DNA of 64,000 nucleotides, from contig OY740784.1 of the NCBI GenBank assembly GCA_963514005.1, positions 22,506,001 to 22,570,000 on the forward strand. Reading direction: 5' to 3'. A program made the translations under genes and the position numbers. The notes beneath the pieces were generated by a model that was not told the origin of the DNA, did not search any database, and saw only the letters and a list, made by a program, of their open reading frames with translations. Shown piece by piece: positions 36,301 through 48,649 of this stretch. Source of the stretch: Raja brachyura. Taxonomy: Eukaryota. How positions within the stretch are numbered: position 1 is the first letter of the stretch; the number at the start of each line of letters is the position of its first letter.

Positions 36301-38077
36301 TGAATCACCAGTTACCCAAATATGTCATGGGAGCCAGACCCAGGGGCAGTGCAGTAGATGCATTCACACTGCATTGGGGAGGAATGTTCTTGTACGCTTT
36401 TCCTCCATTTTGCCTCATCAGCCGATGCTTGGTAAAAAATAAAGCAAGACAATGCCACAGGCATTTTGGTAGTGCCAGACTGGCCTACACAATCCTGGTT
36501 CCCACTAGTCCTGGGCATAATGACACATTTTCTCATGGCTGTCCCCAAAAGCATGGATCTGCTGGTATGCCCAATAACGGGGGGCAACCACATGACCGAA
36601 TCAATTTATTGATTTGCAGATTCTGAGGAGACCATACCTGGGACTCGCACTGGCTGACCAGACAGTGCATGTCATAACAGCGGCCTGGAGGGACAGTACA
36701 CAAAGGCAGTACATCTCTCACATCAAGAAGTGGGAGATGTACTGTCATGTCTCCAACATTTCATATGGCACAGTGTGCATCACGGATGTTCTGGAGTTTT
36801 TATCCACTTTGTACTATGACCATAAATTAGGCTACAGTGCCATCAACAGTGCCAGGAGTGCACTATCTTCATATTTAGTGCTGGGAACAGGGCACCACCA
36901 CTTAATCACCAGGTTCATGAAGGGAATATACAACTCAATACCACCCAGGCCACGATATACAGCCATATGGGATGTGAGCGTGGTGCTAACACTGCTTCGC
37001 CAGTGGGCCCCAGCCACCTCCTTATCCTTAGCCAAAATCACCCTCAAGGTGGTCATGCTGATGGCACTTGTAACGGCGCAACAAGTCCAGATGTTGCACA
37101 TGCGACGACTGGACAACATGACCACCAATGGAAATGCCATAACCTTCATCATTAGCGACTTACTCAAACAGAGCAGGCCGGGGGTACCAGGGCCTAGGCT
37201 TGAGTTCCTGGTATACCCCAAGGATCCACGATAAATGTGTAGTGACGCATTTACACCAGTACATTAAAGTCACAAGGAACCTCAGAGGCTCTGAGTTAGC
37301 TGTGCTGATCAGCCACAAGAAACTACACCACAGGGTATCAACGCAAACCATTTCCAGATGGTTAAAGAAGGTACTCGCGGGTGCAGGAGTGAATACTGAC
37401 ACTTACAAATCTCACTCCACCAGGGCTGCGTTTACATCGGCAGCAAGGGCAATGGACGTTCCTAGCGGTTGCAGGATGGACCAATGAACGGATGTTCCAC
37501 AAGTTTTATAATAAGCCTATTGCCGGACCAGGGGTGTTTGCACGTACCATTTTAGATTCTGTTTTATAGTTTCCCACCAGGTTGGGTGGGGTCACTATTA
37601 TTTTGTTTTTCACATTAAAGCATTAGTATTGTTACCTAACTACGTTATGTCTGAATGCATTAATTTTTCTCACTCATCCATGGTCAATCTATTCAGTGTG
37701 TGATGTCTGGACCCGAACCGGCGTGAAATCACAGAGCTTTGAAATCTTCACGTAGTCACTCACGTGACTCCGAAGTAAAATAGTAAGATTAAACAAGACA
37801 TTACCAGTTTGAAGTTTGATCTTGATTTATGAGGAGTTACGATGAACGATTATGTGCCCACCGTTCCCAACCCTCATATTATCAGGTCATCTGGTAGTTC
37901 TAGTTCTCCAAATCTTACTATCTACAGGTCAACCTCTTATCTGTGATTTCACACCGCTGCTTTGAAGACTGACGCGCAAGCGGACTGACGGCCTTCTTCA
38001 TGTAATCGCTCATGGTAACTCCTCATAAAATCAAGATCAAACTTCAAACTGGTAAGTCCTTGTTTAATCTTACTATT
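33390..38077 (+). mobile_element. DIRS1-like retrotransposon, copy 3 (left tip deleted; frameshifted)
   Basis: gag-like region (TPANCASLNVPAVNHAIW), RT (AYLDD), RNase H (QTDASGLGWG, INYLEL), MT (DLFASRLN, YAFPPF), YR (HSTRAA), ICR 37746-37856, right end CTTACT-ATT. Confidence 0.95.
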
Positions 38078-38315
38078 TCATAGCACTTCAAGCAGAGTGC
38101 AGGTGGCCAAATTCAATTTCACAGCACTTCAAGCAGAGTGCAGGCCACCAAATTCAATTTCATACCACTTCAAGCAGTGCAGGCCACAAAATTCAATTTC
38201 ATAGCACTTCAAGCAGAGTGCAGGCCACCAAATTCAATTTCATAGCACTTCAAGCAGAGTGCAAGTCACCAAATTCAATTTCATAGCATTTCAAGCAGAG
38301 TGCAGGCCACCAAAT
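38078..38315. repeat. 41-bp minisatellite, right block (about 6 units)
   Basis: Same unit resumes immediately after the DIRS terminal ATT. Confidence 0.95.
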
Positions 38316-40209
38316 TGCCAAACAACTCATCACATTGTCATTAAGGGCTAACAAATCATTTATAGCAAGTACATTGCAGACTCACAGTTCAGTTGATTCA
38401 CAGCTTAGAATCACAGTTGTGGACTCTCCCTCGCGATCTTCCAGAGTGACCGACTCATGTCCAGGCATCCAGGGTTTTATAGTCCTTCCCTCCTCCCCCC
38501 GAAAGGGCGTACCTTCATCGTGGTGATTGACAGGGGAGAGGATCAATCAGCTGATCTCAAGATTTTTTAAACACTCATAACTTTTTTATTTTTCATAGAT
38601 TGGAAAAATCCGTAGGGCTACCTCAGCGGAGAAGGACTGTGATTAAGATGGCCAAAATTCATAGTTATATATGGTAGCGTTTTTTCTAAAATCAATATAC
38701 AGGAAGTGGTCAAGATGAGATTTTTAGTTCTATAGATGATCACATTATCACAGTATCACAAATCAGATGGAATCATTTCTCATTCAGCAACACCCTCAAC
38801 ACCCTGGTAAATAGAATATTTATCTTCCCTTGAAGATTTTGCATTATTTCTTGATTTACAAGGATGTTTCTATGTTTACATATTCTGCTGTGCTGCAGCA
38901 AGTAAGAATTTCATTATTCTATTTGGGACATATGACAATAAAACACTCTTGACACTTGCAGGACAAGATCAGGTGACAAGTTGTGCAATGTGAACATCTG
39001 TCTTATCCAAAAGGGCTGCTGTGACTGGGAGCTCCTGGACTGAGAGAGACGTAGGGACAGGTGTTACATCTACATCACCTCATATTCCTCTTGGATGCAC
39101 AGTGTATTGTAACAAAGCTCAAAGAAAGAGACCTTCTTAGACAGAAACTTGTTGATGGAAACAACAGTTCTGTATTACCAGCAATTAGGAACATGCCGCC
39201 TTTAATTTCTTCCCCAATGGACCAGTAAGAGTGACCCCTCTATTTATCCAGTCCTTGCTATATCAAATATGAATATATTTGTCTATATATTTAAAGTAAG
39301 TAGTAAAGGTCTGATATTAGCCAACTAAATCTCGTTGTTTGAGATCCAAACAGATTACAAAACATTGAAGATGGACAAAAGAAGCTGGAGTAACACAGCA
39401 GGACAGACAGCATCTCTGGCGAGAAGGAATAGGTGACATTTTGGGTCAAGACCCTTCTTCAGACAAGTTTCTACAAAACATTGACTTGTCTGTACATTTC
39501 AATGCACACTTTGAATGGGTGGTTCATAATCAATTAATACTTCATAAGATTACTGCACTTTAAAGTCTGTGTGAAATCAAATTCTTCCTTTAAAAATTAA
39601 AAAATATCAGATAATTGAAGCGATTGAAGGTTCTGCTGCCAATCACTGGGTAAAATTGAGACTAACGAGGGCAGTTGGTATCAAGGTGTCTAATGGTAAC
39701 CTTAATACACATTAGCATATTGTCAGTGGAAGTTATAATACTTAAACACATGCAAATCTGGTTCAAGATTGCTTAAGGCTAGTAGTATATTTCTTCACTT
39801 TTGCTCTACGGACATACTTTAGATTCTCAGGGAAAAAGGTTTTCAGTGTCCTTGCTGCATATTAAAAGAAACAAGTGCGGAATGTAGTAAAAGCCTATCT
39901 GAAGAAAGGAATGATTTTCAAATTCACATTGCCAATGGGAAGTCCAGCCCAGCAAAATCTTCTGTTGAAAATCAGTGGGACACCGCTCATTACTTTTGTC
40001 TAAAGCATCTCAATGTTGTTTCATACAGGATGCTAGAGATCCATTTTTTAAAATGAATTGCTAGTGGCTGCAGGTAAGGCTTCTCACCAGTAAAATAAAC
40101 AATGTGTTCCTCTGATACTCTACCATGTTCTGGTCTTGTTTCTAAAAAAAATGTCAATATATTGACCAAACATGTAATACTTTCATTTCAAATACTATGT
40201 GTATATATT

Positions 40210-40772
40210 TAACCATATAACCATATAACATATAACAATTACAGCACGGAAACAGGCCATCTCGGCCCTTCAAGTCCGTGCCGAACAACTTTTTTCCCTT
40301 AGTCCCACCTGCCTGCACTCATACCATAACCCTCCATACCCTTCTCATCCATATGTCTATCCAATTTATTTTTAAATGATACCAACGAACCTGCCGCCAC
40401 CACTTCCACTGGAAGCTCATTCCACACCGCTACCACTCTCTGAGTAAAGAAGTTCCCCCTCATGTTACCCCTAAACCTCTGTCCCTTAATTCTAAAGTCA
40501 TGTCCTCTTGTTTGAATCTTCCCTATTCTCAAAGGGAAAAGCTTGTCCACATTATCTCTGTCTATCCCTCTCATCATTTTAAAGACCTCTATCAAGTCGC
40601 CCCTTAACCTTCTGCGCTCCAGAGAATAAAGACCTAACTTATTCAACCTATCTCTGTAACTTAGCTGTTGAAACCCAGGCAACATTCTAGTAAATCTCCT
40701 CTGTCCCCTCTCTATTTTGTTGACATCCTTCCTATAATTGGGCGACCAAAATTGTACACCATACTCCAGATT
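40210..40772 (-). mobile_element. CR1 LINE 3' fragment, young (open ORF end)
   Basis: LEYGVQFWSPNYRKD...LYSLERRRLRGDLIEVFK...WNELP; (TTATATGG)n tail. Confidence 0.93.
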
Positions 40773-42434
40773 TGTAATGCAATGCTTTTTGTTTTCCAAT
40801 AAATGTAATCTACAGAATTTTTGTATGAAATATTTTCAGTGCATCACCGTTTGTGAAGATATCCTATTAAATCCATTGCTATTGAGGAGTCAAGAAATAT
40901 TTTAGTGAAGATTACCAGTTTACACAGATACACCATATCTGAATTATGCAGAGTGGAACGTTTCATTTGTAAATAAAATAAATCACAAAGTTAAACTAAT
41001 GCAGTAAAAATATGTAACTCAAGGCATTACGTTAGTATTGAGTCTGTGCTCTAGTCCTGTCAATTGGTGCTTTGTATTGGTTGGCTGGGCTGATCTATTG
41101 TACCATGTTTATTGTGGAAAAATTATCAGTCAGCTAAGAACAAGACCAACTGCTTAATAGGTGGGACAAGGTGAAAGGCATTGTGACATTCCTGGCAGAC
41201 ATAATAAATACAATATCAATTTTCAGATGAATAACTGACATTACTGAAACGTTGAATAAACTTAGGGTGAAACTGGAAAGTTAAGCATAGGATGCAATGG
41301 TGGAAACAAGTCTTTGGAAACTAATTCAACAGATTTAACCACTGCTAAATGCTTGGATTGGCAAGGTTTAGCATCTTCAGAAGATGAATAGTTTGCAATC
41401 ATTGCTCACCTTCATGTGTGATATACTGTTCTGGATTAGCTGAGAGCACCCAAGGATGAGCACCACACTAGCAATGCATGTAAAATAGTCATTGTTAATT
41501 CAACAAGTAAAACATTTATAATTTTTCTCTGGGCAACCAACATCATCCTAATATAGCTCAAAGTTTTTTCATAATCACCAGTCAAACTTCCGCTGCCCTG
41601 AATTGATTCACACAAATTCACCGATAAGCACAATACATTGGCCAAGCAACTGACAAAGTTTCAACAAACACCACGATTACTGGAAACCTGCTGTGTTGGC
41701 TATGATAGGTTTCTTCATGATTAAGTAGAAACACAATGCAATATTAAGTCACTCAATTGAGAAGAGGGTTGGTTAAGTTGAGGGTGGTTAAGTTGATTTT
41801 GCTACTCTTCAAATGTATTGAAGATTCACGAGCAAGAGCAATAAAATGAAAACAAATGACATCAGAGTACAGCTAATAAAAACAGCAATACATCATTCAG
41901 AGAGTTGCATGCTGGTGTTACCAAATTATATGCACGGCTTTTTCAACATTTTTTCCCTCATATTTTACACCCAGCATTGACTGGAAAGGTATATTCAGAA
42001 TAGAACAAACAAGGACAGCACCGTAAGCAAATTTGTTCAAGATCTAGTTCGGCTTGCATTTTTCCTTCAGTTCCTAGTCAAAGCAGTGGAAGGTGAATTA
42101 ATTTAAATGGGAGGTGGGGGGAGGTGGGGGGGGCATTGAAAATAGATGCACACATTGAAAATAGATCAACTATTTATGATTGTAACATTTGAGTGAGAAA
42201 TGTTTATATACTTATATAACCTATAATTGGCATGAAAGTGTGAGCAAATATGGTAACTTTTTAAATAACCCTGTCGCCAGTTGACGATGGGATTGTACAT
42301 TAAAAATCAAAATGAAATATAATTAAAGTTAATTAGAAAGTGGGCAATAAATTGGAGCCAAGTGTGACAATGTTTGTTGATTACTCCAAAGTTATATTGT
42401 CCTCATTTTATTATTTATTTGATATACCATTCAA

Positions 42435-43437
42435 GTTCACAGGCATGTGAAGAGAAAAAAAATAGTTAAGACAAATGTGGGGTCCCTTGAAGACAGAAAC
42501 CGGTGAATTTATTATGGGGAACAAGGAAATGGCAGACGAGTTGAACAGGTACTTTGGTTATTTTTTGTTCAATCAATAATGTTTTATTATTAATGTTTAA
42601 TTTCTAACTGTCACTGTATGTCATGTTGTCACTTGCGGGCAGAGCACCAAGGCAAATTCCTTGTATGTGAATATTTGGCCAATAAACTTATTCATTCATT
42701 CGTTCTGTCTTCACTAAGGAAGACACAAAAACATCGCCCAGATGTACTAGGGGACAGAGGACCTTGGGTGACGAAGGAACTGAAGGAAATTCACATTAGT
42801 CAGGAAATGGCGTTGGGTAGATTGATGGGACTAAAGGCTGATTAATCCCCAGGGCCTGATGGTCTGCATCCCAGGGTACACAAGGAGGCGGCTCCAGAAA
42901 TTGTGGACACATTGATGATTATTTACCAAATGTTCTTTAGATTCTGGATCTGTTCCTGAGGATTGGAGGGTAGCAAATGTTTCCCACTTTTCAAGAAAGG
43001 AGGGAAAGAGAAAGCAGGGAATTACAGACCAGTTAGCCTGACATCGGTGGTGGGGAAGATGCTGGAGTCGATTATTAAAGATGTAATAGTGCCGCATTTG
43101 GCTAGCAGTAACAGGATCGGTCCGAGCCAGCATAGATTTATGAAGGGGAAATCATGCTTGACAAAAATTCTGGAAATTTTTGAGGATGTAACTAGGAAAA
43201 TGGACAAGGGAGAGCCAGTGGATGTTATGTACCTGGATTTACAGAAAGCATTTGATAAGGTCCCTCACAGGAGATTAGTGGGCAAAATTAGAGGACATGG
43301 TATAGGAGGTATGGTGTTGACATGGATAGAAAATTGGTTGGCAGACAGGAAACAAAGAGTAGATATTAACGGGTCCCTTTCAGAATGGCAGGCAGTGACT
43401 AGTGGGTTGTCGGTGATGGGACCGCAGTTATTTACAA
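42435..43437 (+). mobile_element. CR1 ORF2 RT fragment, cut at a Helitron junction
   Basis: SPGPDGLHPRV, PLFKKG, NYRPVSLTSVVGKMLE, YLDLQKAFDKVPH, GPQLFTI. Confidence 0.92.
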
Positions 43438-44290
43438 TCTATCAATCTATACTATTACTAAAACTCTCATCTTGTCCTCTTCCGGTTTGCATTTCTTTTT
43501 AATGTGCGCAAAAATGGTACCATATATCGCTAAGATTTTCCTCCACCTTACTAACCGTTCTCCTCTGTTCCAAGCACACCAAGTTTTGTTCCGATCGGTT
43601 TTGTTCCAACCAATTACAAAAGTTATGAAGGTTTAAAAAAATCATGATTTTTTTGCTCTTCTCGCCTGTCGGTCACCATGAAGGTAACACCCCTTCCGGC
43701 ACCCGCTGTCAATCACTAGGGCGAGGAGAAAAATTCCCAGAGGTGGGGCTGAGTCCACAAGCCATGCTGATTGAGTCCGCAAGACTGGAGTCGGGGAAGG
43801 TGCTGATTGGAGTTGGGGAAGCCGCTGTGTGGAGTCGGGGAAGCCGCTGTGAAGCCGGGAGGTGCTGTGTGGTGCCACGGCCGGTGGCTGCTGAGTGGAG
43901 TCCCTCCCCCCTCACACACCCCCATACTCCCCAGCGACCAGCGCCCGCTGTGAGTCCCCATCGCACTGCCAATTCCAGCCACTACCCTTCTGGTCCCCCT
44001 CACTGGCTCCCCCCCCTCCCTGTGATGCCCCCCTCTCCCGCATGGCTCACTCTTCGTCTTTTCTCCGAGCTCCCCCCCCCCCCCTCCCACACACCCCTCT
44101 CCCCCCACAACTTCCCACCCCACCCTCACACCCCTCATTTACCCTCATCCCCGTGCTCAGGGATGAGGGTAAATGAACTGCGCCTGAGCAGTTATGGGTA
44201 AATGGTGGAATATTGCGTTGGGGGAAAGGGTTGCGTTGGGGGACCAGGCCTCCCATGTGACTGGGACCCAACGTGACCCACTTAGTCTAG
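43438..44290 (+). mobile_element. Non-autonomous Helitron
   Basis: A|TCTATCAATCTATACTATTACTAAAACTCTCATCTTG 5' end; imperfect hairpin GGGACCCAACGTGACCC then ACTTAGTCTAG|T 3' end. Confidence 0.8.
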
Positions 44291-44709
44291 TTCTAAATAA
44301 AAGTCTCAAAAAAGTGCAGATAATTAAATGTATCCACAGAAGAACCTAGAACTGGAATTTAGAAAGGGACGTGGCCGCTTAATGATATAGCAGTCAATCC
44401 TGCACCTCAACCTCTTTCCTTCCGATTATCAAATCCACTCATTTCTTCAAGAATTGATCTCAGCCTTGCAAATACTAAAATCTAGGTGGTCCGTAGCAGA
44501 CAATTTAAGATTTACAACTCTTACTCCATGCGACAGTGTTAATGGGTGTAGAGATAGGAAGATAGGATAAATTAATGTGTGGTTCAAGAGGTAACGCAGG
44601 AAGGTTGGCTTCAGGTTTTTGGTTCATCTGATTCTCTTCTGGTGTAGGATGAGAAGACCTGCATGAGACGGACAGGTTATAAGCAAACTACAGAGGGACG
44701 AAATGTTTA

Positions 44710-45925
44710 AGAAAGAACTGCACATGCTGGAAAAATCGAAGGTAGACAAAAATGATGGAGAAATTCAGGGGCTGAGGCAGCATCTATGGAGTGAAGGAAC
44801 AGGTGACGTTTCGGGTCGAGACCCTTCTTCAGATTGATGTGGGGGTGGGGGGGGCAGGAAGAAGTAAGAAAGAGGCGGAGACAGTGGGCTGTGGAGAGCT
44901 GGGAAGGGGAGGGGAAGGAGAGAGAAAGCAAGTGGTGAAATGGATGAACTGTTAGCTTCACCACTAACTTCCATCCGGCACTCAAATTCACCTGGACCAT
45001 TTCCGACATCTCCCTACCATTTCTAGACCTCACTATCTCCATTGCAGGTAACAGACTACTGTCCGACATCTACTACAAACCTACTGACTCCCATGACTAT
45101 CTGGACTACACTTTTTCCCACCCTGCTTCCTGTAAGGACTCTATCCCCTACTCCCAATTCCTCCGTCTACGCCGCACCTGCACCCAGGATGAGTCAGAGA
45201 TGTCCTCATTTTTTAGGGAACGGGGGTTCCTCTCTTCGACTATAGATGAGGCTCTCACCAGGGTCTCCTCTATATTCCGTATCTCCACTCTCACTCCCCA
45301 TCTCCCCACTTGTAACAAGGACAGAGTCCCCCTTGTTCTCACCTTCCACCCCACCAGCCGTCACATACAACAGATAATCCTCCAACATTTGCCACATATT
45401 CCCTTCTCCTCCCCTTTTGGCTTTCTGCAGAGACTGCTCTCTCTGTAACTCCCTGGTCAATTTGTCCATTCCAACCCAAACCACACCCTCCCCTGATACT
45501 TTCCCTTGCAACCGCAGGAAATGTTACACTTGTCGCTTTACCTCACCCCTCGACTCCATCCAAGGACCCAAGCAGTCTTTCCAGGTGAGGCAGAGGTTCA
45601 CCTGCACCTCCTCCAACCTCATTTATTGCATCCGCTGTTCTAGGTGCCAACTGCTCTACATTGGTGAGACCAAGCGCAGGCTTGGCGATCGCTTTGCCCA
45701 ACACCTCCGTTCAGTTCACATTAACCAACCTGATCTCCCGGTGGCTCAGCACTTCAAATCCCTTTCCCGTTCCTAATCTGACCTTTCTGTCCTGGGCTTC
45801 CTCCATGGCCAGAGTGAGTCCCACCACAAATTGGAGGAGCATATTTCGCTTGGGTAGTTTACACCCCAGCGGTATGAACATTGACATCTCCAACTTCAGG
45901 CTGTCCTTGCTTTCTCCCTCCATCC
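44710..45925 (+). mobile_element. Penelope-like element (RT C-terminus and GIY-YIG endonuclease) preceded by an inverted terminal module
   Basis: LKFTW, LPFLD, YYKPTD, RVPLVLTFHP, NLIYCIRCSRCQLLYIGETKRRLGDRF; minus-strand hammerhead core at 44805-44832. Confidence 0.92.
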
Positions 45926-48649
45926 CCTCCTGGACAATCACTGCAAGTGATAGGTGGATAGTACATGGTGGATGTAGGTGAGGGGACGTTCACTAGCAGG
46001 CAGGTTTATATTTTTTTGGGAAGGAAATGGAAACGGGCAGTGCAGTGTTGGGGCAATGTAAGTTGGAGGCTTTGGAGAAGAGATTGGCAGAGGTGGTGAA
46101 GGGCTGGGAAATGGTGGCCTGGTTTTTGTCCGTGGAGTCATGGTCAAGGCAATGTTCAGGGCTAGCAGGAGATGGGGAGGTCGGTAATGCACTTTGGTAG
46201 AACTTTGTTTGCCTGCTCTAAATACCACATGCAAATGTCACGTCTGGTCGACATGCTTCATTCCCAGAGATCTTCCTTGATTTTGGCTTGTCACGTGATG
46301 ATATTCAGGACCTGTATGTCACCAGGCATCAGCTTGATTGAACTGAACTCAAGCTTGTTCTGGAATTACGTCTTGAGGTCAATGGCAAAAATGAAGTGCC
46401 TTATTGTTTGTAATTTCAAGAGAATTGATAACCAAGCATAAATTGTTTGACGTCACCTTGATGATGCATCAGCTTGCAGTGGTATTAGACTGTCAACAGG
46501 GTAGTAACAAATGAAATGGATGACATTTTGTGATCAGGTATTGCAGGTCAGGGGAATAGAAGTGCGCCAAGTCCGTCACACCAGTGCACCATGAAGTATC
46601 GATCACAATGCAAATGCTGCCTCTTTTCCCTTTGACTGAGGATTATGTACAATCCATGCAATAAATGGATACATTTTCACATTGTTCAGCAGGGTCAAGC
46701 AAGTCATGGGTGAACCATCACACAGTGAAACAAAGAAAGGCAGCTTTTGATCGCACTTTGAAATTGGAGCTTTGCTCTAAGCTCTTTCTCTAAATTTATA
46801 TTTAAGTTTGTTCATGGTTCAATGATTGAACATTAGCTAGAGGTATGCTGAGAATGGGTGGCCAAATCCCTGTTATTTCAGCTGCCCCCCATCCAATCTG
46901 TAATGCTTCCATGGTTTGTTCGTACTCTTAAGTGCCCTGGTAGAATCCGGTCTAATTAAATATTGGTATGGATTTATTCTTGTATGTGCATGGGAGAGTG
47001 CTGATGAAAAATCGACCGGACTTCCGTTCTCGATATGTTTGGGAAAAAAAAAATCGCTGGACAATTTAATCACTGGATTAAAATAAAAAGCTACTTCTAA
47101 CGCCCTCAACGCCTACAACGTGACAGATCTCAAGAACGGGACAAAACATGGGGTAAGTCGTATATTTTACATATAAACTTGCTTCTTGGGATGACTTTAA
47201 TCAAATTTTACATTGCGAAAATGTGATTTGGGCCCCATACGAACCAGCAGTGTTTTTCCTGCCGATATGGGGTTCAAATTCACCGCAACCGCAACGTTCC
47301 AATCGATCGTGTTCCACAAAAACCCACTCGCAAGATGATTTAAATGCCTATTAATTTACGGGAGTTAAACATTAAATTCCTTCCATTTGGCCTATAAATT
47401 CATGACAGATTTAAAAATCATGTTATATTGTGAATTCTTGTCTGAATGTTATTTGCACACTTAGGCTATTTAAAAATGTTAACCTTTTCTTAAGAAATGG
47501 ATAGATGTTTAGATCTAGTAATTGAATTTAGATGAAACTGATGAACATGAATTTCTTGTTGGGTATTTACTATTTGTTTTAGCGTTTAACTTTATCATTT
47601 CAATCTTTTTTTCCTAAAACTGCAAATAATAACATGTTTCTCTTAATGCTGTTCAGTGTTTTTTTTAAATTACATTATAAACAGATGTCTCCGATGAAGA
47701 CATGCAATGTACCAGCTAGCAGCTGATCTTCTCCATAAAGACTTGGTCTTTTGCTAGAAATTGAAAATTATTTACCTATCTATAATGGATTTACAGCATA
47801 TAATTCAATAATATTAAAGGTCTGATCTTGAGAATATCGCATTTTTGAATTTTCAAAGCAGTCTGGGTGTTTATTACTATTTCCGTCACAACGGTCAATT
47901 GTGTAATTAGCTACAATTAGGTAACTAACTAATTATATGTTTTAATTTCAGGTCATCCAAATAAGTGTTTCATATTTGTTTCAGAATGCTTCAATCCATA
48001 ATAGCTGAACATTTCATTCCGTTCTCTTAATTTTTAAGAAAGTTATGGGCTTTTGACCGTCCTCATTCACAGCTTTTGAGTTGTCAATGGAAAAGCAATA
48101 GGGAGCAAGATGCTAATTTCCGATTATGAAAATGGCCATAACTTTTTAAATACTGAAGATATGAAAGTGAATTAAGTGTCAAATTAAACTTATTTTTATG
48201 CTTTATCTGATGGGATAAATTGAAGACTTATAATTATACAGCTTTCTGCCATAACCATGCTGAATATATGTTTCAAATGTGGCAAACCTTTATTTGTTGT
48301 ATACCTCCAGCTTGCTATAAGCATCTTTCGAATACAACACACACATTGATTTCCTTTCGAAAAAAAGTAGGAGAAAGTTTATTTGTACTTAAATTATTTT
48401 AATTATAGTATAAAATACATTAGTTTAATTGGCTTCATTCAATAGTGTGAGAATTCCATTCTTATATGCCCTTGGTGGAGGAGAACTTAGAAGTATCTAG
48501 TCCTGCATGCTTTATGAAGTGTTAAATCTCGTATATCAAATAGTTCATATTTCCATAATGAGGAGGACATTTGGTCCATCAACTCTATGCTATCTCTCAG
48601 ACCAAGGGAATTCCCGATCGCATAGGAATCCCCGACCTGGTGGAAAATC

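Larger units (their letters stand above)
32711..38736 (-). mobile_element. Non-autonomous Helitron containing a minisatellite and DIRS copy 3
   Basis: Minus strand A|TCTATAGAACTAAAAATCTCATCTTG 5' end; 3' hairpin GGGACCCAATGGGTCCC then TCTTAGTCTAG|T; both ends match the element at 43438-44290. Confidence 0.82.

Noticed and set aside
33040-38315. 41-bp repeat array as CRISPR-like
   Set aside because: Units are directly tandem with no unique spacers, there are no cas genes, and the context is eukaryotic.
39170-39265. Possible LY96/MD-2 exon expected from mammalian synteny
   Set aside because: Weak acceptor, stops in the plausible frames and no conserved Cys pattern; no LY96 or JPH1 exon was recognised anywhere in the window.
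41405-41690. Minus-strand exon candidate with a gtgag donor
   Set aside because: All frames contain stops and there is no homology; at most non-coding.
43642-44271. Several overlapping Pro/Gly-rich ORFs
   Set aside because: Low-complexity GC-rich Helitron interior with no recognisable domain.
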